From Macrostomum lignano (Eukaryota), in assembly GCA_002269645.1 (NCBI GenBank), contig NIVC01001880.1:124001-188000 (forward strand): DNA of 64,000 nucleotides, in the 5' to 3' direction. The notes below the pieces were generated by a model. It saw only the letters and a program-made list of their open reading frames with translations, ran no database searches and was not told the DNA's origin. A program made the translations under genes and the position numbers. Each line of letters starts with the position of its first letter. The first letter of the stretch is position 1. Below are positions 1 to 12,232 of the stretch, one piece after another.

Positions 1-324
1 GGCAAACAGCAAAGTGTGACATCAAAAACTACACAGTAAAATAAACAATTCAGTTAAACCCGGCGTGACCGGCAGATACTACTGCCCCGTCACTACTATG
101 AGTAGAGTGGCTGGGGCATGGCGAAAATGAATATCAACAGAAACTCCAGTGTACCAGTGGGATTTGTCCACTTCGCCATCCCCCACCCACAAATTCGTGG
201 ATCCAACAAAAAAGATTTATTATAGAGATTAGTAAATTAACGATGATTAAACAGTGATAAGATGTGGACTGGGTCCTTGGATTCGCAGTCCATGGCAAAC
301 AACTATCGGTAATTAGAAATGAGT

Positions 325-3300
325 CTAGGTGGCGCTGGCGGCGGCGGGCTGGGCGGCCCGCAGGTCCCGGCACTGCACATGCAGGAACAGCCCCCTGCTG
401 GCCATCTTGTAGCAGGCCAGGGCGTGAGTCTCCACCAGGCTCTGGTACAGCTGGTCCGCGTCATCCGTGAGGCTGGGGAACGGGTTCACTCCGCACTCGC
501 CAATCCAGGGTATGTCGGTCAGCAGGTCGTACGGATGACCCTCGGCCGAGTGTCCGGACTCGAATCGCAATAGCTGGCCGTGTCCGAACCGGTTGCTAGG
601 CGAGTCGCTGGGCTGAGTCTCCTTCACGTAGTCGCGCCGGATGAGGTTGTCGGCGAAGTGCATGATGTCGCGGAAGATCTGCTGGAAATGCGACTGCAGG
701 CGGTCCAGGTCGCGGTCCACCGCGTCGCGGCCCTGCGGGGTTGGGCGAGAGGCGGGTGCGCAGGGAGTGAAAAGTTCAACTGCTGGTTAACGCGGCGCTT
801 GAGCTCCTGGGTGATGAAGGTCAGCCGCGCACAGTGCAGCAGTACACGAAAAATGGGTCAACTGTGTTAAGTGGTCAGCTGCCCCCAAGTAAAATAGGCC
901 AATGAGGAGTGTCATATGACCCCACTGACCTCATGCTGGTAAACTTAGCTAAATATGACCCCCCTGACCTCATGCTGGGTAAACTTAGCTAAATATGACC
1001 CCCTGACCACATGCTGGGTAAACTTAGCTAAATATGACCCCCTGACCTCATGCTGGGTAAACTTAGCTAAATATGACCCCCTGACCTCATGCTGGGTAAA
1101 CTAAAGCTTCAAAAACGACCAGCCCGCATTCTCACCTTGAAATCGTGCGTGAGCAGCAGGTGGGCGCCGGGCAGCTGGAGCAGCAGCCGCTCGGCCAGCG
1201 GGTCGTACTCGCCTAGCGGCCGGAAGCAGACGCTCAGACTGTCGTCTCCGGCGCCGGACTCGCGCTGATCGACACGCCTGGAGGCCATGAGCTCAGCCAG
1301 CTGGCGGTAGAACCGGTGGTAATTGAAGGCGGCACAGGCCACCACGCGGACCCGGCGAAGGCAGCGGCTGGCGTGCAGGTGGAAGTCGCGCAGCCGCGGA
1401 CAGGCCTCGCTGGTGAGGGTGCGGAGCCGGGGGGCGGCGCAGACCAGTGACGTGAGGCCGCAGCGCTCCAGGTGAACAGCGTGCAGCGTAGCGGAGCGCA
1501 GGGTGAGGCAGACGGGCTCCTCGGGCTCCAGCATGCGAAGGTCGTGAGTGTCCAGACAGACGTCGCGGGCCATCCAGAAGTCGCGCTGGTCGGGCTGAAA
1601 CTTCGGCTCCGGCTGGTCGTCGCTGATTTGGCCGTCGCCGGCAGCGCCGAACGACGGGGGAGGCGGCGGCGGGGAAGCCGGGCGGGCCGGACGCGGGTCG
1701 TCGGCGGGGTGGGGCGGCGCGGGCTGGCTGGACTCTGGTGGAGCCTCGGGCGGCAGCACGGAGGTCTGGACGCCGCGGCTGTAGAAGGAGGCGGCTGAAG
1801 TTGCGGAAGAGCCCGACTGCTGCTGCTGCTGCTGCTGGGAATTCTGCACGGGCGGCGCAGGCGAGGCCGGAGGCTGCAGGTGCTGCTGGTGCAGGTGGTG
1901 ATGATGCTGATGCTGCAGCTGCATGGCGGCGGCCGCTGCGGCTGCGATATCGTCGGGCGGATGTCCGAACAGGCGGTTGCGGAAGTAGGGGAAGGCGGCC
2001 AGCAGGCGGCCGGCGGGCGGGTTGGCCACGAAGAAGCCCTGAACGGAGTCGTGGGTGGGCGCGCTCTGCGGGAAGATGCCCCACTGCTGGCCGGCGGCGA
2101 GGCCGAGGAAGCCGCAGCCCCGCGGCGCCGGGTCGAACATGTCGCGCAGCACGAGCATCTCCAGGTTGGGCAGCTGGATGATGAGGGCGCCCAGGCGGTT
2201 GGGGTTGATGCAGGGGCATTTCTCCAGGGTGAGGCAGCGCAGGGCCTCGAACAGCGGCATCGGCTGGTCCAGCCAGCGCATCGGGTCGGTCAGGAAGGGC
2301 GCCCTGGACACGGTGAGGCTGGCCAGCCGGCGGAAGCAGCGGCCAACGTAGGCCATGCCGTAGTCGGTCATCAGGCAGGGATACTCCGACGGCTCCACGC
2401 TGAATGGGGATCTGGATGGGGAGGAGTGGGACAGTTAGCGCTCACTGGAGTCAGTACTCGAGCTGTGTGGCATTGGGGTTTTGAATGCGGATGCGATTCC
2501 TATGCGTGGGAGGGGAGGAGGGCAGAGAGGAGAAGACAGGGGAGGAGAGGAGGGCAGAGAAGAGAAGACATGGGAGGAGAGGAGGGCAGAGAGGAGAAGA
2601 CATGGGAGGAGAGGAGGGCAGAGAGGAGAAGACATGGGAGGAGAGGAGGGCAGAGAGGAAAAGAGAGGAGAGGGGAGGAGGGCAGAGAGAAGACAGGGGA
2701 GGAAAGGAGGGCAGAGAGGAAAAGACAGGAGAGAGGAGGAGGGCAGAGAGGAGGAGACAGATGAGGGGAGGAGGGAAGAGAGAAGACAGGGGAGGGAGAG
2801 GACAGAGAGGAGGAGACAGATGAGGGGAGGAGGGAAGAGAGAAGACAGGGGAGGGGAGGAGGGCAGAGAGAGGAAAAGACAGGAGAGAGGAGGAGGGCAG
2901 AGAGGAGGAGACAGATGAGGGGAGGGAAGAGAGAAGACAGGGGAGGGGAGGAGGGAAGAGAGAAGACAGGGGAGGGGAAGAAGGCATAGAGGAGACAAGG
3001 GAGGGAGGAGATGCAGACGGTAGAGAAGAGAAGTGAATAGGAGGCTAAAATGTGCCATCAACAGAGGAATGCATGTGCTGGCAATTAGCCCGGCTCATGC
3101 CGGCAGGTACACAAGCAATCAGAAAGCGCAATTACCTGTCCACATCCGGACAGGGGTCCCTGTAGCCGAGTACCAGGGTGTCCAGTTTAGGAAAGACGGG
3201 CTGGGAGTGGCACAGGGCCACAAACAGGGAGTCCTTGCACAGGCTGCTCTGCAGGCAGACGCAGCCGAGACAGGCGGAGGAGGCCAGCAGGAAGTAGCCG

Positions 3301-5238
3301 GCGTCAATCTCCGTGATAGCTTTGTTGCCAGCCAGCACCAGTTTCTGCATAGTTCGGAAACTCCTCGACTCGCCGTTCATCTCGTCGACAATGTGCTCGA
3401 CTAGGCCGCCGATGAAGCGCAGGCCGACCAGCTCCAGACGCGCAAGCTGCTGCGCCCTGGCCACCGCGGTGAACACCCGCAGGTAGCGGAAGGCGTTGCT
3501 GGGCCCGGCGCAGTTGTTCATCACGAAGGTCTGCAGCTTGGGGGCGCTGAAGTTGCCGAACGGATCGTTGCCGGAGAAGCGGACCCACTTCAGGTACAGG
3601 TAGCGGACGCAGTCCATCTTGGGCAGGGCGTTCAGGCACACGCACTGCAGGTCCACCTGAGCAATCGAAAGAGGATGAGAATGCTTTAAGCGGGTGGTCG
3701 GGTGAGCTGCGCGTGGAGGGCGGACTTTTAACTCGTTCTTAGACGTTATAACCTTAAACGGATGTACTTTGAGTTGGTGTACTTTAAACAGATGTACTTT
3801 GAGCGGATGTACTTTAAATGGATGTGCTTTAGGCGGCTCGTAACTTTCTTAGTCATTGCTTCAGTTCATCTGCACTCGTCTCTGTTTATTCGGTTTTCTC
3901 TCCCTTTGTCCGGTTCAGTCTTGTTATTCTCACTGTCTCTTTCCCTCTCTGTCCGGTTCAGTCTTGTTATTCTCACTGTCTCTCTCCCTCTCTGTCCGGT
4001 TCAGTCTTGTTATTCTCACTGTCTCTCTCCCTCTCTGTCCGGTTCAGTCTTGTTATTCTCACTGTCTCTCTCCCTCTCTGTCCGGTTCAGTCTTGTTATT
4101 CTCACTGTCTCTCTCCCTCTCTGTCCGGTTCAGTCTTGTTATTCTCACTGTCTCTCTCCCTCTCTGTCCGGTTCAGTCTTGTTATTCTCACTGTCTTTCT
4201 CCCTCGCTACCTTCTGATTGGCTCTTCGACCTCTACTCTTTCCTCAGTCGTGCACCCTAGGCAACCCCAACACAATAGAAGTACCTTGGTGAGGCTATTA
4301 ATATGAGGATTAAGCAGCAGCTTGCTGGCGCTGCCGGGCAGCGGGCTCGGCCCCTCGTAAGCGCGCTCGCAGTCCCAGACGTCGGGCCGGTTGCGAAACA
4401 TGCCGTGAAATTTCACCCGGGGAAAAGTGGCGAAGATGCGCGACATCAGGTCGACGTCCATGATCTCGATGGACTTGAGCTTCTTGCACTGCTTCAGCGC
4501 CTGCAGGATGCCGGCGTAGGTCAGGGCGCGCCTGCCGCCAACCTGGGCCCGGTGCAGAATCCGGCGGGGATAAAATCCCAGGATGTGCGTCACCTCAGGG
4601 CAGAGTGCCAGCACGGAGCTCAGCGTGGCATCGTCCAGCTGCTCGGACAGGAAGGTGAACGGCAGGCCGCTGCAGAAGTTGATCCGCTTGGTGAGCCGCA
4701 GGTGCTTCGTGACCGCCGCGCGGAACTGCCGATTGACCGCCGTCACCCGCAGCAGCTCCACCACGGACAGGTACTGCAGGATGCGGCAGTACACCTCCGG
4801 CGGCAGGTGGTCGAACGATTTCGGTCGCAGCCGGAGCGCCTCGGCCATAGCCAGGGCCGCCGACTCGCGGATTCGAGCCCGGGTCGTCACACCGCAGGCG
4901 CCGCTGGAGCCGCTACTGGGGCCGGCACCGCTGCCGAGGAACAGCTCCGCCTTGGCGGCCAGATCGTCCAGACTGCCGCCGCTGCTGTTCACCGCGTCAT
5001 CGGCGTCGGCGAGGGCGCCGACATCCTCGGAGCAGTAGCCGCCGCTGCCACGGCTCAGCTCCTCGTCCTGAAGGCGCGGCCGCTTGCTCGCCCGCTGCAG
5101 CTGCAGCTGCTGCTGGCCGTGGCCGGAGCGGCGGCCGCGCTTCCGCCTGGTTGAGGCGGACGAAGCCGAGGAAGAGGCGGCGCCGGTCCCGCCGGCACTG
5201 GCGGCAGCGGCAGAGCCGGAGGCGGACGAGGCGGACAT
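325..5238 (-). CDS. FBXO38: F-box only protein 38 (F-box/LRR-like), multi-exon
   Basis: Exons 4285-5238, 3136-3656, 1136-2399 and 325-732 have GT-AG sites, and the first three join in consistent phase. A probable small exon (ITQELKRR) near 792-860 is unresolved. F-box HLPPEVYCRILQYL; LYLKWVRF..LQTFVMNNCAGPSN..Y, LGY, PY.LLTDIPW and the C-terminal LFLHVQCRD match vertebrate FBXO38 blocks as I recall them. TAG stop at 325-327. Confidence 0.9.
914..1103. repeat. 39-40 bp tandem repeat, ~5 copies, in an FBXO38 intron
   Basis: Unit ATATGACCCCCTGACCTCATGCTGGGTAAACTTAGCTAA is repeated directly. Confidence 0.95.
2510..3035. repeat. GA-rich low-complexity minisatellite in FBXO38 intron 2
   Basis: Purine-only units of the type GGAGGAGGGCAGAGAGGAGAAGACA, lying between the acceptor at 2400 and the donor at 3135. 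Confidence 0.95.
3907..4204. repeat. 43-bp tandem repeat, ~7 copies, in FBXO38 intron 1
   Basis: Unit TGTCCGGTTCAGTCTTGTTATTCTCACTGTCTCTCTCCCTCTC. Confidence 0.95.
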
Positions 5239-7176
5239 TCTGCGAAGATTCCGCTGCGGCTGAGACTGAATTGAAAAGAAGAGATTGCCTACTAAACAGT
5301 AGTCAGAAAAGAATATGAAGCGAGTCTTTTAGTGTTTAACGTCGCAATTGCAGAATCTTGGGCATGCATTGGTGGATGTAGTCCTGGCTCAGTTGTCAGG
5401 ATCAGCTGACTGACTAAGCTCACAACTTTTGATTGTTTTAATACTTTTTGTACCTTCATACTTTACAAAAAACAGATAAATCATGTTATTCATAATTTGG
5501 ATATCAAAATAGTATACATTTTTAATAGCTTTTCAGTTACTTTGATGCAGCAAGTCTAGTAAATATCTAGATTAAGCTTAAATTAACTTAACCCTTTTTC
5601 CTAAAAAATAATTTAAAACCAACCTTCATATAACAGCATAGTAAAATATCAAAAAAATTCAAATAATTAGTTGATGTCATTTTTATTCTTCACTATTCTA
5701 GTTTCACCCTACTTTCAAACATTTAGAGATAGAAGTTGTTTCCTAACTGGAGGCAACAAAGCTAACCTAATGAAAAAGTGAAAGCAAAATTCAAAATATA
5801 CTTGAAGTCAAAATTTTAAGTATATCTAATATAAAAAATTAGTTATAAACTAAAAAACATATGTATTATATTGGCTTTGAATTTTATAATGACTTTTTAG
5901 ATTAGACCTTATTATTTTATTAAATTTATAAAAAATGCAAAAGCTCTTTATTTTTCTAAATGTCACATTTTTAACTTACCTTTTTGAAAGAGATTTTAGA
6001 GTTTACTAATATCCTAATAAAATTCAGATATTCATTTTTAAAGTTTTTAAAATAAATAGTATATTTATTTTTTGCTAGTTTATATTTGCTGTATATTCTA
6101 TGTAATTGCATAGTAAAAGTTTTTCATTCTCAAAAAACCTACTTTTATTCAAATTTCCTTTTGTATATATGTTGGCAAGTCATGGGACACTGCTTAAAAT
6201 ATTTTTTACATCTTTAATAATAATAGTAAACTTTAATAACTATTTTACTTTTACTTTTGAGAATTATAGTTTCTATTCAGTTTCAATAAATAAATAGTCA
6301 ATTGCTAACTAATGAAACTAGTAAATATATATCAATATATACATATTTAAAAATATAAATAATTATATATAAATATATATAAATATATATAAATATATAT
6401 AAATAAAAAAACATTATAAATCAATGGCTAAATTAAGTAGATGGCCATCCATGATTTTGGTAGTATACTAGGCCTAGTTGCTTCCATAGTCTGTTTTGTT
6501 ACAATTATGCTGGAAATCTCCGGCGTAATTCTAGACAAAAATTAGCCTTGGCATAAAAACAATTATAGATGATCTTTTGGCATGTTTCCCTGACTAGAAA
6601 TAAATGTGACCATGGTTTCAATGACCATAACTTATTTTAAGTATTTGAATAAAATGGAGAATTTGAATAACTACATATTTTATTTTTTGTAAAAAGTAAA
6701 ACAAAATTAAAATCTAGAAATTGTGTTATAATATAATTTTTTTACATTATTATCTTTATAGTATCATTAAGTTTAATTATAATATACAAATGGAAAAATG
6801 AATGAACTTTTTTAAATGAAAAATGTTTGTACAAACTTCCCCACAATCCCCCCCCTAGCCCAGGCATTATGCCTGGCTTGTGGTGCATAAGCCAGGCATA
6901 AGTCTGGCATAAATTATGAAATTTCATCAGTTTTCTTCCAGTATAACTCCAAGCATGAAATGGACTATGGAGTTGCTTGAGTTATGACATAAATCTATTG
7001 CATCTGCCTTGCATTAACTAACTATTGACTAGGCTCCAGTCTCTACATATAAAACTGATAATTAGGCCCCTATACTTAATGCCAAAGACAAATCTTTCAA
7101 ACTAGGGCCTATAAAATTTATAGGCCCTACCTATTTGAATTTTTCTAAAAAAATAATTAAACATATAAAAGTAAGG

Positions 7177-7754
7177 GGCAATATTGCAGTTTGTTTCGTG
7201 TAATTATTTTTACTTTTGAATAAGCGCCCACCTCATGAACAATCAAACAAGTGAACATTAACAAGACTGTAACATTATTCCTTAGTCACTGAATCCTCAA
7301 AAGTTGCTTAAAACAAGTCTCAGAACTCAAATCCTTACAGGGGGATAGTAATGGGCAATCTAATACAGCACTGTACCAAAGATATTGAGGGTATTTGCAA
7401 TGCCAGAGGAACTCTTCGAGATGAGTCATATCATACATGTAGCGCAAAGGGAATATGCCATCCATCAGATTCAATAGCTTGGCAGCAAGTACAACCTCAG
7501 CAGGTGGGATTATAAATGATTTTGCAGCTAGACATCCTGCCATGACTTGCGAAATACTAAGCAATTCTAGGTTGGGAAATCTTGAGCAGTGTAAAAGATT
7601 GCTGCCTTCACCCCTCACTAAAACTTGCCGAAAGTGTCTATGGCCTTTTAGGATAACGTGGCATGACAAGTCAGCACAAATTTAAACCTTCTATGACACA
7701 TTGGCACATATTCAGAAGTAAAAATTATTACACGAAACAAACTGCAACATTGCC
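7177..7754 (-). mobile_element. Non-autonomous Merlin (IS1016/IS1595-related)-like DNA transposon with decayed transposase C-terminus
   Basis: 46-bp TIRs at 7177-7222 and 7709-7754 with 3 mismatches and GGCAA termini. 8-bp TSD AAGTAAGG/AAGTAAAG. Minus-strand relic peptides SEG*RQ, YNPTC*GCTCCQAIES..W and HLEEFLWHCKYP. Confidence 0.7.
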
Positions 7755-9016
7755 AAGTAAAGTTACTAGATAAAATGTAATAATACTAAGGTATACTTCA
7801 TATATCAAGCATATAGAATAAAAAATTGATTAAGAAAGGTACATAAATAATCTATTTTTTACTAGAAGAATATACAGCCATATATATTGTTGGATTTATT
7901 TTAAAAATAGCACTATAGTATTAGTGGTAACACTAATACTAGCACTAATACTAATTTACTAAAGGTCCCTAAGGCCAAAGAAAAGTTTTATATACATGTG
8001 TATTTTTACTTTTAATATAGAATGCATTAGGCCTTTTTGTTTTTGGGATGAATTCTACTCTGGCAATAATGATATATTCATAATATCATACATTTATTTT
8101 TTGTAAGCAAAGATATCATTAGTATTAGGCATATTAGCTAATAGGCCTATAATATCTATCTGTCATATTTAGCTAGGCTGTCTTAATTTTAGAGTTATCT
8201 TGGGGCCTATACAATATTACTATTATAGGGGCCTAAGTCTAGCCAGGCCTACCAGTTTAACATTGCTTAGGTCTATCTGATCAAGAAAAGTAGGCCTAGG
8301 CCTAGGAATCTAGGCTCTAGCCAAAGTCAAACTAAAAGATAAAAAAGTAAGCCTAGTTAGATAGCCTAGGCTAGGCCTACCATGTCCATAGAACTACTAA
8401 TAGGTGTTAGGATAGGACGCCAAAACACTAATATTTCAACATACTAACTCTGAGTCTTTACTATAACAGCAAACAGCAACTAGTAAAAATAAGTCTATAA
8501 TAAATTATAGCTCGTATAAATAACCATGACAACTATCTGAAGAATAGTTATAGCTTCCAAATGAGCCAACGAGCAACTCTGTAGACCCCGACCCGCCAGT
8601 ACCTCAATAGTTACTTCATGGACGTTATTAGTTCTCTTGCCGTCTCGCCCCGTCTCGACCTCTAGCGCGACCTTATAGCGAACCCTAGATATATCCGGAA
8701 AGAGTAATTAAAACTTTATTTATGCAAAATATAAACTTTTTGTATAGTATCAGTATGATAATATTATTTAAGTATTTCGATTCCAGAGTCTCTTAAATAT
8801 TTGCAAACTTTTCGTTCTTTTGTCAAGAAAAATTTGTTTTACGAAATGCTTTTTCAGTATAATAAAGGACTGGACCTGCCAAGTTGAGTAGTCCTTGGGA
8901 CTTGCATGGCAGGGCCTGGTTTAATAAAAAGGCTACTCATGACAAGTGACAAGTCGACAAATTACAAGTGACAAGTGTCAAGCGTCAACGATTTTGTTGT
9001 TTCATAAACACAGGTC

Positions 9017-10617
9017 TGATGGGGGTTTCGACCTTTCGGCCCCCTGGCTTGTGGGGAAGCCTTCGGGCCTCAGGTCTCAGAAATAAATCAATTAGAGTCC
9101 TGGCCCCCCACTCCTGTCAGATGGTCAGCCCCATGGTAGCTTGATCGTGTGGCGAGCAGTCTAGGTCCTATAGCTAAGAGAGGGACAGCGAGAGACAAGC
9201 AGGGAGAATTTTGAAGGTAGAAATTAGCTAATCCGCAGACTAAGCGCTGCCACCAGCCCGTGCGTCCTGGCTCACCACACCGGGACTCTCGAAATCGGGC
9301 TTCCGACTAGAAGGGGACCTGCCAACTAGTGTCTTTTTGCTGTCAATCTCGAAGTCATAGCCGATGTTAAGGGACACTGCTGGGACTAGATCGCATTGGC
9401 CATGCAGGTACAGAGGGGACTTGTGCAGGGGATTCTTGCAGTGGCAAGACTATGGGGTAGCCACATGTACTATTACATTGCTAAATACGAAGAATTGTAC
9501 TTTTGGCCTTCAACGCGCCACTAGCCTCTCCTAGCGCTGATGATAGGCTAACTCGAACATCAGAGACCGCATGATTCATCACCCGAGCCGCTTGGCGAAC
9601 CTAGAGTGCACAGAGTACATCTCTGGCGCCGATTCTGCACTTCTGGCTGTTTTGCTAACTGATTTGATAGATTGATCGACTGAGAACTGCTTTGCCATTG
9701 GTCTACTAGCTTAGCTACTCATCTGAGCCATCGGCGAACAAAGAAATAAAACCGATAAAAAATAACTGTCAGATTTAACCTTCTCCTCAGATCACTTCAC
9801 ACTTCAGATTGAATTGGAGTTTTAGACTACTAGCAGTATTATTGAATGACTTCTGCCTCAGCAACAGCACTGCTGAACAAAAAGAGCAAAAGTGTGCGCC
9901 TAATCCAGCTACTGAAACAGGGGACAGATAGGGAATCACCCAATCAAGCAAGTCTCTCACCCAACCAATCAGAAACTCAACAGCCGGAGACCAGGTAATC
10001 CACAGTGACCGAATCGGCTTAGTGCTTCGCAGCTGTAGACCCGGGATGGTGCTGATGTCACGGTCTTCGCAGATAGCTAGCAGGTGATGATCTTAACTTT
10101 GATGTTCGCTGCTGATGACCGGGGGACTCGTCCTTGATGATGATGGGGGAGGTCGCAATCCGGGGATCAAGAAAAAAAACGACGGTCGCGCTCCGGGACG
10201 TCACAATCTAGGCTAAGGTCCCAGGAGGAGTGAGGTCCGAGCGGGCCAAAAATACCGGTTTAAATAGCCGCCAACTGGACCGCAGTTTGTTATAATGGAA
10301 CACGTCGATTCTGATTGGCTGAGCTGTTTTGTTAAAATGAGCGTCGAATTTTCTGATTGGCTAAGCTGGTTGCTACCCAGAATAACGTGACCGGGAGATC
10401 CTATCAGTTCCCTCGGGGTCGTAAAAACATGACAGGTGCGGCCATAAATCAATCAAAATCGCAACAAAATGATTTATGACTTTTCGCGTAGAATTGACAA
10501 AAATTTATGAAAAAATATACATTAGAAAGCTCTTATTAAATAGAAAGTGAAGATAATGAAGAGAAATCGCTAATCGCTAATCCCAAAGTACTTTTAGGGG
10601 TAAAACGCATAGCTGTC
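9017..10617 (-). mobile_element. Solo-LTR-family copy 1, truncated at its right end
   Basis: Starts TGATGGGGGTTTCGACC and is near-identical to 15693-17290. Homology stops at GCTGTC, where a 16-bp repeat begins. Strand inferred from the orientation of the CCAAT/TATA motifs. Confidence 0.8.
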
Positions 10618-10702
10618 GCCGAGTCAACCTGTCGCCGAGTCAACCTGTCGCCGAGTCAACCTGTCGCCGAGTCAACCTGTCGCCGAGTCAACCTGTCGCC
10701 GA
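10614..10702. repeat. 16-bp tandem repeat (TGTCGCCGAGTCAACC), ~5 copies
   Basis: Direct repeats at the breakpoint of LTR copy 1, probably the subterminal array of another element. Confidence 0.9.
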
Positions 10703-11378
10703 ATTACCTGGTTCCCATCCAATACCCTTGTACCAAAAGAATAAATAAGACTATACAGAATTATTCTGTCGCTGAATTTGCAAGATTGTCGCCGAATTGC
10801 ACATGGTCAGCACCCGTATTGTCGATGTGTCTGTGAAAGAAACTACACTTGCATCGTCTTTGCTAAGATAGCTGGTATAATCTGCTGGTATAATCTGCTT
10901 ACACCAATCTGGATTACACCAATCCAATCAATTAACCAACCAAAGCATATAGAGCTAGCTATAAGGGCATTAAATCAGCGATTATTATTTAATAAAATGT
11001 AGAGAACCGGACAGCAACATGTGAGAAGCCCTAACTTGCTACTGGTGAGAAAAAGGAATAAAACAAATGAATTACAAAATTTTCACAAAATCTGACCCAT
11101 CAGAAACGTGTACACTGGCAGATTAAGTCAACAACAGTGGTCCAGATCATATTAATGAGGAGACTCGAAGTAATATGGTATGGTATGACTTTTTATATTT
11201 CTAACTTTGCGAAAGTTACTATATGTAGAGACGAAAATTCAAGTCCGCATCTGCTCAACTCTTCAGAAATGCTCCAACGCAGGTGGACCAGAAATGGGCT
11301 GCTTCAAGCAATGCTGAAGATAGCGGAGGCCGTCAGATTGGACATGCAAAGCTGCCGCAGCCCCTAGCAACTGGACTG

Positions 11379-11643
<265 letters not shown>

Positions 11644-12232
11644 TACATACTACACGTATTCGAATACATGCATTTCGCGCGCATAGCCAGTTCGCTATTG
11701 CAAGAACTGAACAATTGCTGTCCATTCACACGACGTTTGCAACAGCATACTGTATGAAGGTCATATTCTGGCAATAAATAAAATCGATTAATAAAACTCG
11801 TTCCGTTTACAATCAACTCCACCAGCCGACGCATTCACTCAAATTCGCAGGACCTGCATAGCGGCAGTCACACAAGTTTGCCCAATAGGAGTTGCAGCTG
11901 ACTAAAAAGGACTGCAGGTCAGCAAGCAAAAAGTTAATTTAGCGCATCGTACAATGCACGGCTCAGTAAACAGCGTCAGTCTTTCTATTCCGCACTGCAC
12001 ATCGCGGCAGAGTGTACACTGTGCACAGGGGTCATAAATTAAAGCTTCAACCCACAGCCTATCTGTTTGCAAAGACGGGTGCACAATCCTTGCAGAGCTG
12101 CACAGACAGAGCCGTGCGCTTTTAGGCTGGCGAGTAAAGCTTTGGGCTGCACAAGCATCTACGAGCTAGATAAGCTCAGCTGCCCTCCGAACACTTTTTT
12201 AGCCGAAGCAAAATCACAGCGCTGCTTCCACA

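Noticed and set aside
1293-5154. Overlapping alternative-frame and antisense ORFs across FBXO38 (and likewise across GARS, ADAM17 and LINE ORF2)
   Set aside because: These are expected shadows of GC3-rich coding sequence and carry no recognisable motifs.
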